Shown: piece after piece, positions 8,115-15,684 of the stretch
Layout of the letters: every line of letters starts with the position of its first letter
Numbering within the stretch: the stretch's first letter is position 1
Source of the DNA: Candidatus Margulisiibacteriota bacterium
Lineage (GTDB): Bacteria > Margulisbacteria > WOR-1 > O2-12-FULL-45-9
DNA length: 19,062 nt
Direction of reading: 5' to 3'
Assembly (NCBI GenBank): GCA_043816785.1
Contig: JBDRHP010000095.1
Span: 1-19,062, forward strand
Translations under genes and position numbers: made by a program
Notes under the pieces: generated by a model
Databases searched by the model: none
What the model saw: only the letters and a program-made list of their open reading frames with translations
Told to the model about the DNA's origin: nothing

Positions 8115-9983
8115 ATGGCAAAAGAGAAAAATTCAGCTAAGGTAAATGTTGATGCTTTGTTTCTGGGTCCCCAGTCAGAGAATCAGGCCTTTTTTACGGA
8201 CATGTTAAATTTTTTAATAGAGGAGCACATCCAGTGGAGACGGGATTTTCATCCAGATGATAAACCCGCGGTATCTTTGGAAGAACAGGATGAGCAGCTT
8301 TTTAAGGCTACCTTGAGGAAAACCAAAGAAACTTTACTTGAGCTTTCCTCAAAATTAAAAACCACTTCCATGCCCTGGTTTTCACCGCGCTATTTAGGCC
8401 ACATGAATTCAGATACCCTAATGGCGGCTAATCTGGCTTACATGGCAACTATTCTTTACAATCCAAACAATGTGGCATTTGAAGCTTCTCCTGCTACTAC
8501 TGGGTTAGAAATTGAAGCGGGAAGACAACTTTGCAAGATGTTGGGTTTTAATCCGGAAAAGGGTTGGGGACACATTACTTCAGGCGGGCACGTGGCGAAT
8601 TATGAAGGTTTTTGGGTAGCGCGTAATTTAAAGTCATTCCCATTGGCTGTTAAAGAAGTGATGCCGGAGTTAGTTAAAGGAATGGATGAGTGGCAATTGT
8701 TGAACATGCCGGTCAAGAAGGCCTTGGACTTGATCGATAAGGTCAAGGCAGGCAAGAAATTTGATGAAGTGCGCGCCAAGACTGTGCGCGGGGTTGGGGC
8801 AGAGGGTGGCAAGCTAGGCAAACTCTTAGTTCCTCAATCAAGGCACTATTCCTGGGCCAAGGCTGCGGATATTTTAGGCATTGGCAATGAGAACCTGATC
8901 AGCATTCAGGTTAAAGATAATTTCCGCATGGACCTGAAGGTTTTAAAGGACACGATCGATGGTTTTATTGCCAAGAAGATCCCGGTCTTAGGGGTTGTGT
9001 CTGTTGTTGGGACAACTGAGGAAGGCGCGGTGGATGAAGTGCATGAAGTTGCCAAGCTGCGCGCGGAGTATGAGAAAAAGGGCATTGCTTTTTATTATCA
9101 TATAGATGGAGCGTATGGCGGCTATTGCCGGGCGATCTTTTTGGATGAAAATGACAAGTTCATGGACCATCACAAGATGAAGGAGAAGCTGCACCAGGAA
9201 GGCATCTTGCACAAAGATATTAACTGGCCGACCAAAGAGGTTTATGAAGCGTACAAAGCCTTTCCTGAAGCTGATTCGATCTCCATTGATCCGCACAAGA
9301 TGGGTTATGTGCCTTATGCTGCAGGAGCGGTGGTGATGAAAGACCGCCGGATCCTTGATCTGATCTCTTATTTTGCCGCTTATGTTTTTGAAAAAGGCGG
9401 GGACCCCATGCTTTTGGGCAGTTATATTCTTGAAGGCTCAAAGGCAGGGGCAACTGCTGCGGCAGTCTGGGCTGCGCACAATGTTATACCATTAAATATT
9501 ACTGGTTACGGAAGAATCATTGGCCGTTCCATCGAAGGAGCTCAAAGATTTTACTGGTCTTTAAAGGCCTCGCAGCCTTTTGAAGTCAATGGTAAGAAAT
9601 ACGAAGTACATCCCTTAACCAAACCAGACTTTAATATTGTTGATTTTGCTTTTAATGCGGTGGGCAACACTGATTTAGCCAAGATGGATGATTTAAACGA
9701 AAAACTTTACGAATTAAGTTCCTACAATGCCGGTCCGGTTTATGCCAATGACTGGATCACTTCCAAGACCAGCCTGGACACCGATGCCTACGGCGACGCA
9801 CCGGCTTCGTTTGTGAAGGTATTAGGTATTCCCAAGGAACAATGGGACAAACAGAAAAGTGTTTATGTCCTCCGCTCCTGTGTCCTAAGCCCGTGGCTGA
9901 TCAAGAACACAACTTATGAGGAATACTGGGGAACTTTTCTTAAGATAATGAAGGAGAAGATAGGGAAGATCATGGGGAAATGA
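8115..9983 (+). CDS. tdc: PLP-dependent group II decarboxylase, tyrosine decarboxylase (TyrDC) family
   Basis: Colinear over its full length with Enterococcus/Lactobacillus TyrDC as I recall it: GHMNS, NNVA.E.SPAT, GWGHI, HYSW.KAADI.GIG, VVGTTEEGAVD, HIDGAYGGY.RAIFLDE, IDPHKMGY (PLP Lys), SYFA.YVFEKG, YILEGSKAGATAA. GGAGGG SD. Substrate not proven. Confidence 0.88.
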   Translation: MAKEKNSAKVNVDALFLGPQSENQAFFTDMLNFLIEEHIQWRRDFHPDDKPAVSLEEQDEQLFKATLRKTKETLLELSSKLKTTSMPWFSPRYLGHMNSDTLMAANLAYMATILYNPNNVAFEASPATTGLEIEAGRQLCKMLGFNPEKGWGHITSGGHVANYEGFWVARNLKSFPLAVKEVMPELVKGMDEWQLLNMPVKKALDLIDKVKAGKKFDEVRAKTVRGVGAEGGKLGKLLVPQSRHYSWAKAADILGIGNENLISIQVKDNFRMDLKVLKDTIDGFIAKKIPVLGVVSVVGTTEEGAVDEVHEVAKLRAEYEKKGIAFYYHIDGAYGGYCRAIFLDENDKFMDHHKMKEKLHQEGILHKDINWPTKEVYEAYKAFPEADSISIDPHKMGYVPYAAGAVVMKDRRILDLISYFAAYVFEKGGDPMLLGSYILEGSKAGATAAAVWAAHNVIPLNITGYGRIIGRSIEGAQRFYWSLKASQPFEVNGKKYEVHPLTKPDFNIVDFAFNAVGNTDLAKMDDLNEKLYELSSYNAGPVYANDWITSKTSLDTDAYGDAPASFVKVLGIPKEQWDKQKSVYVLRSCVLSPWLIKNTTYEEYWGTFLKIMKEKIGKIMGK

Positions 9984-10020
9984 CGAATGAATGTGTGCCT
10001 CGGCCTGTTATTATAAGAAA

Positions 10021-11274
10021 ATGAAAAGAACAATTATTTTAATTTTGTTATTGGCTATCAGCACCGCAGCCATTGCTCTGCAAGTTTATTTCAAGGACCC
10101 GGAATATTCCTTTCAGCTCTTAAGGACCATGGGCGAGGCGCCTGGCGGCGGTTCGGATATTTCCGAATGTCTCAAGACTGCCGATAAGATAAAAGAAGGG
10201 GATGGCGACAGCTGGTACAGGGAATGGGGCAGAGTGGGGCAGCAGCTGGAGAGAGCTGGTGACAGTTTCCTCAAAAAAGGACATAAGATCAGCGCCAGCG
10301 AGGCTTATCTTAGGTCATCCAACTACTTTCGCAACGCGGATTTCTTTCTGCACGGCAACCCCGGTGACCCGCGCATCTTAAGATCATGGAGGAAAAGCCG
10401 GGAGATGTTTCAGAAGGCCATGCGGCTTCAGGCTAAACCGCTGGTGGAATTTATCCGCATACCTTTTGAGAAAACGACTTTGCCCGGCTATTATTGCCGG
10501 GTCGATGATTCAGGCAAAAAGCGGCCGCTGTTGATCATCCATAGCGGGTTTGATGGCACGGCGGAAGAGCTTTATTATTCGGTCGCGTTCGCTGCCCTGA
10601 AGAGAGGCTATAACTGCCTGCTTTTTGAAGGTCCAGGTCAGGGTGGTGTGATCCGTGAGCAGCATATTCCTTTTCGTCATAATTGGGAGAGTGCGGTTAC
10701 ACCTGTAGTGGATTATGCTTTGACCTTGCCTGAAACCATTCCTGACAGGATTGGCCTGATAGGCATAAGTTTTGGCGGTTATCTGGCGCCGCGCGCTGCG
10801 GCTTTTGAGCCTCGCCTCAAAGTTCTGGTGGCCAATGGCGGGGTCTGGGACTTCCATTTAAATTTTGTAAAAGGCCAGCCGGCTGATTTTGATAAGCTGC
10901 TGGATGAGCCCGAGGCTGCCGGAGAGATCGATAAAGAGATCTACGATAAAATGAAAAATGATATTTCCCTCCGCTGGGTCTTTAATAACGGCATGTACAC
11001 TTTTGCTGCCAAGACACCCTTGGAGCTGATCCGGATGACCCGGCCTTACAAGATGGCCGGGGTGGTTGATCAGATAAAGTGCCGCGTGCTGGTGGTTGAT
11101 TCGGAAGAGGACAAGGACATGGCGGGCCAGGCCCGGCAGCTTTACCAGGCCCTGCGGTGTCCCAAGGACTTTATGCTTTTTACGGTCAAGGAAGGGGCTG
11201 AAGAGCATTGTCAAATGGGCGCACAAATGGTCTCCTCTGAACGGATCTTTAACTGGCTGGATGAGAATCTTTAA
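10021..11274 (+). CDS. Exported alpha/beta hydrolase (2,6-dihydropseudooxynicotine hydrolase/FrsA-like family)
   Basis: GFDGTAEE, FEGPGQG, nucleophile elbow GISFGG, RAAAFEPR, EGAEEHCQ. Signal peptide MKRTIILILLLAISTAAIA from ATG 10021. Confidence 0.82.
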   Translation: MKRTIILILLLAISTAAIALQVYFKDPEYSFQLLRTMGEAPGGGSDISECLKTADKIKEGDGDSWYREWGRVGQQLERAGDSFLKKGHKISASEAYLRSSNYFRNADFFLHGNPGDPRILRSWRKSREMFQKAMRLQAKPLVEFIRIPFEKTTLPGYYCRVDDSGKKRPLLIIHSGFDGTAEELYYSVAFAALKRGYNCLLFEGPGQGGVIREQHIPFRHNWESAVTPVVDYALTLPETIPDRIGLIGISFGGYLAPRAAAFEPRLKVLVANGGVWDFHLNFVKGQPADFDKLLDEPEAAGEIDKEIYDKMKNDISLRWVFNNGMYTFAAKTPLELIRMTRPYKMAGVVDQIKCRVLVVDSEEDKDMAGQARQLYQALRCPKDFMLFTVKEGAEEHCQMGAQMVSSERIFNWLDENL

Positions 11275-11289
11275 AAAGGAGATGATGTT

Positions 11290-11808
11290 ATGGCTATTAC
11301 GAAAAGGACATTAGGCGCGCTTGGTTTGCGGGGATTGGTTGCGGTTTTATTTGGTTTATTGACGATTTTTTGGCCCGGGTTAACGCTTGAGGTTTTGGTT
11401 TATTTGTTTGCGGCTTTTGCGATTATCGGCGGGGTGGTTGCCATCGTAGCGGCAGTAAACACAGAATATTCTTTGCTTCTGCTGGAAGGAATTATCAGTT
11501 TTTTTATCGGGATATTCATATATATTTGGCCGAATGTTTATGTTTTGATGCTGGTTTATCTCGTCGCTTTTTGGGCGCTGATTGGCGGGATTGCCCAGAT
11601 TGCCACGGCTTTTAGTCTTAGGCAAGCAATTGCCAATGAACTGTGGATGCTTTTAACCGGCATTGTTTCAATCATCTTTGCCATTCTCCTGTTTGCTTTA
11701 CCGGCTGTTGGGATTTTGGCCTATATTTGGGTGATTGGTTTCTACGCTTTATTCTTTGGCCTGCTTCAGTTGATCCTGTACTTAAATTTAAGAAAGATAG
11801 CTGCATAA
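11290..11808 (+). CDS. HdeD/DUF308 family membrane protein
   Basis: LRGLVAVLFGLLTIFWPG.TL..L..LF, WALIGGI.QI, W.LLTGIVSIIF; two DUF308 repeats. AAGGAG SD. Confidence 0.88.
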   Translation: MAITKRTLGALGLRGLVAVLFGLLTIFWPGLTLEVLVYLFAAFAIIGGVVAIVAAVNTEYSLLLLEGIISFFIGIFIYIWPNVYVLMLVYLVAFWALIGGIAQIATAFSLRQAIANELWMLLTGIVSIIFAILLFALPAVGILAYIWVIGFYALFFGLLQLILYLNLRKIAA

Positions 11809-11826
11809 GGGCTTTTTTCTAAAAAG

Positions 11827-11933
11827 AATAAGAGGTACAGGTGTAATAGGCGCAATAGGTGTCATAAGCGCAATAGGCGGAATAGGCGAGGGCACTTTTT
11901 TCGCTTGTTCCTCCTATTCCTCCTATGCCTCCA
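11827..11933. repeat. 9-mer tandem array plus inverted arm; element copy B (homologous to 5520-5619)
   Basis: aataagagg, tacaggtgt, aataggcgc, aataggtgt, cataagcgc, aataggcgg, aataggcga, then ctcctattc repeats. 56/63 nt identical to 5520-5582 by manual count. Confidence 0.9.
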
Positions 11934-11951
11934 TTTTGTTATAATTCCCCC

Positions 11952-12212
11952 ATGCGCTACAACGTTAAGGTTATTACTCGTGCCAAGTCAAACAAAGTTG
12001 TTGAGGAGCAAGGCCGTCTCAAGGTTTATTTGACTACTCCGCCGGTTGAGGGGAGGGCGAACGAGGCGCTGGTTAAGGTTTTAGCAGAACATTTTTCTGT
12101 TAAGAAGCGGCAGGTTAAGATCGTTCTTGGTAAGAAATCCCGTGATAAGGTGGTTGAGGTGCTTGCATCGAGAGAAATCGAGGGGCTTGCATCGAGCGAT
12201 GTCGAAATGTAG
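11952..12212 (+). CDS. DUF167 (UPF0235/YggU-like) protein, copy 1, with repeat-derived C-terminal extension
   Basis: VKV..RAK, LKVYL..PPVEGRANE.L, I..G..SR.K motifs. ATG 11952 follows TGtTATAAT by 6 nt. Confidence 0.88.
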   Translation: MRYNVKVITRAKSNKVVEEQGRLKVYLTTPPVEGRANEALVKVLAEHFSVKKRQVKIVLGKKSRDKVVEVLASREIEGLASSDVEM

Positions 12213-12215
12213 AAT
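12187..12215 (+). promoter_or_regulatory. Putative sigma70 promoter for hemerythrin-cupin
   Basis: TTGCAT (12187-12192), 17-nt spacer, TAGAAT (12210-12215). A near-identical copy lies at 13367-13395. Confidence 0.65.
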
Positions 12216-12245
12216 TTTAGTATTCTCAAGAGGAGGTTTGACATT

Positions 12246-12788
12246 ATGATGCCTGCAGGACCATTAATGATAGAACACCGGCTTATTGAAAGAATGATTG
12301 CGCAAATGGAAAGGCAACTGAACGAGATTAAGAAAGAGAACGGGGTGGACGTAGGGTTTATTGATGTGGCGGTGGATTTTTTGAGGTCATATGCTGACCG
12401 GTGCCATCACGGCAAGGAAGAGGATATTCTTTTTAAGGCCCTTGCCAAGAAGCCACTTTCCGCGGAACATAAAAGGATCATGGAGGAATTGATCAAGGAG
12501 CATGTGTTGGGGCGGGGGAACGCGAGCAAATTAAAAGAGGCCAAAGAGAGCTATGCCAAGGGCAATAAAAACGCCTTAAGTGATGTTATTGCCAATCTTG
12601 AGATCCTGGTTAAGTTTTACCCAAAGCATATTGAAAAAGAGGATAAGCACTTTTTCATCCCCTGCATGGATTATTTTGACAAAAAAGAACAGGCGATCAT
12701 GCTTGAAGAATACTGGGAATTTGACAAAAAGCTGATCCACGAAAAATACAATAATATAGTCGAAGGGCTTGAAAAACAAACGGGGTGA
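12246..12788 (+). CDS. Hemerythrin/HHE cation-binding domain protein
   Basis: LMIEHRLIER, DRCHHGKEEDILF, EHVLGR, HIEKEDKHFF. GAGGAGG SD. Start is 12246 or 12249. Confidence 0.9.
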   Translation: MMPAGPLMIEHRLIERMIAQMERQLNEIKKENGVDVGFIDVAVDFLRSYADRCHHGKEEDILFKALAKKPLSAEHKRIMEELIKEHVLGRGNASKLKEAKESYAKGNKNALSDVIANLEILVKFYPKHIEKEDKHFFIPCMDYFDKKEQAIMLEEYWEFDKKLIHEKYNNIVEGLEKQTG

Positions 12789-12795
12789 TAAGTAC

Positions 12796-13122
12796 ATGGC
12801 AGACAACAAATTTACACCAGGCCAAGTGAAGGAATTAGCCGGATTGATTGATTATCAGGAGGGTTCAATTGTCAGCCGCATGTTAATAAACAAGCCCAAT
12901 GGCAATGTCACGCTTTTTGCGCTGGCAGAGGGGCAGACTATTGCGGAGCACACTACGCCTTATGACGCGATGGTGAATGTGATTGAAGGCGAGGCTGAGA
13001 TTATTATTTCTGGTAAAAATTATAATGTTAAAGCTGGCGAAGTTCTGGTTATGCCGGCGAATGATCCGCATGCTTTGAAGGCGATTAAGGCGTTTAAGAT
13101 GCTGCTAACGATGGTGAAGTAG
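12796..13122 (+). CDS. Cupin domain protein
   Basis: DYQEGSIVSR, VTLFA.AEGQ.IAEHTTP.DA, MPANDPHALKA...FKMLL. GGGGTGAT SD before ATG 12796. Confidence 0.9.
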   Translation: MADNKFTPGQVKELAGLIDYQEGSIVSRMLINKPNGNVTLFALAEGQTIAEHTTPYDAMVNVIEGEAEIIISGKNYNVKAGEVLVMPANDPHALKAIKAFKMLLTMVK

Positions 13123-13136
13123 ATATATATTTCCCT

Positions 13137-13352
13137 ATGCGTTATAACGTTAAAGTTATTACTCGTGCTAAGACAAATAGGGTTGTTGAGGAGCAGGGCC
13201 GGTTAAAGGTTTATCTTGCTGCTCCGCCGGTTGAGGGGAGGGCGAATGAGGATTTGATTAAGGTTTTAACAGAACATTTTGGTGTCAAACGACGTCAGGT
13301 CACGATCCTTCTTGGCAAAAAATCCCGCAATAAGGTGGTTGAGATAAGGTAG
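13137..13352 (+). CDS. DUF167 (UPF0235/YggU-like) protein, copy 2
   Basis: 57/71 aa identical to copy 1 by manual count; same motifs. Confidence 0.88.
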   Translation: MRYNVKVITRAKTNRVVEEQGRLKVYLAAPPVEGRANEDLIKVLTEHFGVKRRQVTILLGKKSRNKVVEIR

Positions 13353-13366
13353 GCCTCTCAATGGGC

Positions 13367-13395
13367 TTGCATCGAGAGAAATCGAGATGTAGAAT
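13367..13395 (+). promoter_or_regulatory. Putative sigma70 promoter, second copy
   Basis: TTGCAT-cgagagaaatcgagatg (17 nt)-TAGAAT. Confidence 0.6.
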
Positions 13396-13459
13396 TTGGG
13401 ACGTTATGCCATTATTTTTGGTGAATATGCCGCGGTATCCCTGCGGGCTATTATTATAA

Positions 13460-13474
13460 TGCGCCGGAGGCGCA
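13460..13474. repeat. Short GC-rich palindrome (REP-like)
   Basis: tgcgcc-gga-ggcgca within an AT-rich intergenic stretch. Confidence 0.5.
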
Positions 13475-13481
13475 CATTAAA

Positions 13482-13510
13482 TTGAGGATATAATATAAAT
13501 ATGGTACAAT
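13482..13510 (+). promoter_or_regulatory. Putative sigma70 promoter giving a leaderless transcript
   Basis: TTGAGG, 17-nt spacer ending in TGg, then TACAAT; ATG 6 nt later at 13517. Confidence 0.65.
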
Positions 13511-13516
13511 AACAGT

Positions 13517-13741
13517 ATGGTTCCTGATGAAAAGAGATTGAGGGAAGATTTTCAATGGTTGGTAAAAAACACCTCCGCTTTACAGCAAAAAAGCGCGGGT
13601 AAATTTGTCGCGGTCGTAGACAAACGCGTTGCCGGCATCGGCAGGACCGCTAAGGAAGCTTATGAGAAGGCCCAAAAAGCTTGCCCCGGTAAAGAGCCGC
13701 TCCTCGATATGGTTCCATCCAAAGAATTCCTTCTTTTATGA
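13517..13741 (+). CDS. Small protein, DUF5678-like
   Basis: F.WL..N...LQ.K.AGKFVAVVD.RV.G.G.T.KEAY.KA....P...P pattern. Its stop overlaps the next start (ATGA). Confidence 0.7.
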   Translation: MVPDEKRLREDFQWLVKNTSALQQKSAGKFVAVVDKRVAGIGRTAKEAYEKAQKACPGKEPLLDMVPSKEFLLL

Positions 13742-14142
13742 CTGATTTTGCCTGGCGCAAAGAACTTTCTGAATCGTTCGGCCGAATAATGCGCCCCGTT
13801 GCCGAGGTTTTTGTTAAAGACAAACGCGGGATGTGGCGGGCGCTTACGATGTATGTTGATTCTGGAGCGGATGCGTGTGTCATGAGCCGAAGTTTTGGCG
13901 AATTATTCGGCCATGTTGTCGAAAAAGGCCGGTCGATCAGGATGAAGGGCTTTGGCGAAGAAGAGATCCGTGCTTATGTGCATAACATGGAGTTCAAGCT
14001 CGGCAACTATGAGATCAAGGTAAAAGTTGCGATCGCTGACAATGATAATGTGCCAAATGTGCTGGGCCGCACCGATATCTTTAATTTATTTGAAGTTCAA
14101 TTTAAGAGCCGGAAACATTGTACGAGATTCTTGAAGAATTAA
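13738..14142 (+). CDS. Retropepsin-like (clan AA) aspartyl protease
   Basis: RPVA, catalytic VDSGAD, flap-like KGFG, LGRTD C-terminal motif; single domain of 134 aa. Confidence 0.85.
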   Translation: MTDFAWRKELSESFGRIMRPVAEVFVKDKRGMWRALTMYVDSGADACVMSRSFGELFGHVVEKGRSIRMKGFGEEEIRAYVHNMEFKLGNYEIKVKVAIADNDNVPNVLGRTDIFNLFEVQFKSRKHCTRFLKN

Positions 14143-14143
14143 A

Positions 14144-14311
14144 ATGCCTGTTAATTCCAATAAATTCCTTGGTTCCCTCCTCATCAGTCTCGCGCTCCTC
14201 GTCCTGCTAGGCATGATCGTTGAATTTGGCAAATTGTGGCTCCTAGTCGACATACTAGTTATTATTATTTGTGGGGTAGGGGGCGTTTGGTTGTTTTCCC
14301 AAAGAGCATGA
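14144..14311 (+). CDS. Small two-TM membrane protein (55 aa; missing from the ORF track)
   Basis: MPVNSNKFLGSLLISLALLVLLGMIVEFGKLWLLVDILVIIICGVGGVWLFSQRA. Starts 1 nt after the protease stop and fills the gap to the convergent gene. Confidence 0.65.
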   Translation: MPVNSNKFLGSLLISLALLVLLGMIVEFGKLWLLVDILVIIICGVGGVWLFSQRA

Positions 14312-14321
14312 AGCGCTACTC

Positions 14322-14891
14322 TTATAAATACTCAAAACTCTCCGCAATCTTTTCGAGATCTTCAAGGATGGATTTTTCTTTACCAGATTGAACGTAGGAG
14401 TCGATCATAATCACCTTGACCGGCTGTTGGCCAATATATTTCTTCTCCTTCGGCGGAAAATAGTAGATTGGGCCGACAGTGTTGCGGTCTGGAACCATGC
14501 CTTCCTTCCACTCATCTGGCGGAATAATCTCAATAACTTCCCAATAAGTTTTGTAGCCGCGAACCCCGGCTTGGGAAACAAATGATTCAAGCGAAACCAG
14601 CTTGTCAAAATTCTGGATCTCAACCGAGGCTGCAATCTTTACGTATTCGTCAAAAGACATGCCATCATACATCGTGCCAGCACCCATTGCTCTAATGCTG
14701 ATCGTCTTCTTTCCCTCAGTTAGCTCTGCTCCAGTCTGGATCTCTTCAAACTTAAATTCCTTGATCTTGTATTGAGAAGAGTAGGTAACTGAAAAATCAA
14801 AACTTTTGTTGCGATAAACCTTTTCTGGTGAGGCGCAGCCGAGAATGACAAAGAGCAAAAGAGGCGGCAAGAGTTTAATAATTGATTTCAT
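14322..14891 (-). CDS. Hypothetical lipoprotein (possibly PsbP/Mog1-like fold)
   Basis: MKSIIKLLPPLLLFVILGC lipobox. YRNKSFDFSVTY start and KIAESFEY end resemble PsbP-like proteins. Start moved to 14891. Confidence 0.7.
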   Translation of the reverse strand: MKSIIKLLPPLLLFVILGCASPEKVYRNKSFDFSVTYSSQYKIKEFKFEEIQTGAELTEGKKTISIRAMGAGTMYDGMSFDEYVKIAASVEIQNFDKLVSLESFVSQAGVRGYKTYWEVIEIIPPDEWKEGMVPDRNTVGPIYYFPPKEKKYIGQQPVKVIMIDSYVQSGKEKSILEDLEKIAESFEYL

Positions 14892-14897
14892 GGAAAT

Positions 14898-14926
14898 ATT
14901 GTGCCACCGCCAGCTTTTTGTGTCAA
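14898..14926 (-). promoter_or_regulatory. Putative sigma70 promoter giving a leaderless transcript
   Basis: On the minus strand: TTGACA (14926-14921), 17-nt spacer ending in TGg, CACAAT (14903-14898), ATG 6 nt later. Confidence 0.7.
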
Positions 14927-15561
14927 TCTTTCTTCTCTTCAGGCTTTGGCATAAAGAAGAGATCAATGTCCCTGTCGCGGATCTTAATTTTTAAATTGAG
15001 CGGATATTCAAGCCCAAAATCCACCAAAAAGCAAAGGATCCCTTCCCGCGTCTCGAGGGCGTAGATAGGCCGGAACTGAAAGTAGTTGTCTATGGCATGG
15101 TCCATTCCCTCCATGATATAGCTCTTGGATGAGGGGCTGATGGTGTTGGCAACCGCGGTCAAAGCCGCAGTCAGCACTTGTTGCTCCGATCCCAGACTTT
15201 GCGAGGCACCCTCATAGTTAGCGCGGACCTTGACCAGATCATCACGGGAGATCAGCTTGACCGGCTTGAAATCCCGCCCGTCAAATAATTGGACCGAATA
15301 CTGGCCAGCGTCAATTGCGGCCGCGGTCCTGTTCTGGATAGAAAGCGGGAGGACGATGATGTTGTTGCTTTCAAACAACACTGCCGAGATGTGGTAATCC
15401 TTTGATTCAAATTCAACGCCTTCATCGCCGTATTTGACCGATCTATGCACTGCCGGCAAATTCAGCACCGGCACAAAATGCTTTATCTCAATCGGTACGG
15501 AAGAACAGCCTGTGATCAACAAAGCTGAGATCAATATTATTATCCCGACCCAGATCCTCAT
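14923..15561 (-). CDS. Hypothetical lipoprotein
   Basis: MRIWVGIIILISALLITGC lipobox; 212 aa; no family recognised. Confidence 0.72.
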   Translation of the reverse strand: MRIWVGIIILISALLITGCSSVPIEIKHFVPVLNLPAVHRSVKYGDEGVEFESKDYHISAVLFESNNIIVLPLSIQNRTAAAIDAGQYSVQLFDGRDFKPVKLISRDDLVKVRANYEGASQSLGSEQQVLTAALTAVANTISPSSKSYIMEGMDHAIDNYFQFRPIYALETREGILCFLVDFGLEYPLNLKIKIRDRDIDLFFMPKPEEKKD

Positions 15562-15684
15562 TTGTGTTTATTATACTCCTCCCTCATTTTTCTAACAAGG
15601 CCGCGTTGTTGTGGTAGAAGAGGGCGGGCCCCTGTCAATGGAGCAGGGGTTGCTTTTTTGTGGCGAAGGGGTAAAATACTTACT

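Noticed and set aside
12161..13397. GCTTGCATCGAG repeats as CRISPR repeats or integron attC sites
   Set aside because: Only three irregularly spaced copies, no RYYYAAC/GTTRRRY ends and no integrase. Better explained as a duplicated promoter.
13405..13458. 17-codon ORF MPLFLVNMPRYPCGLLL behind the second promoter copy
   Set aside because: Too short, no SD and no recognisable similarity; at most a remnant.
15629..15659. cccctg...cagggg hairpin plus T-run as a terminator
   Set aside because: It lies between divergent genes with nothing to terminate and overlaps the likely -35 (TTGCTT) of the esterase promoter; more likely another REP-like palindrome.
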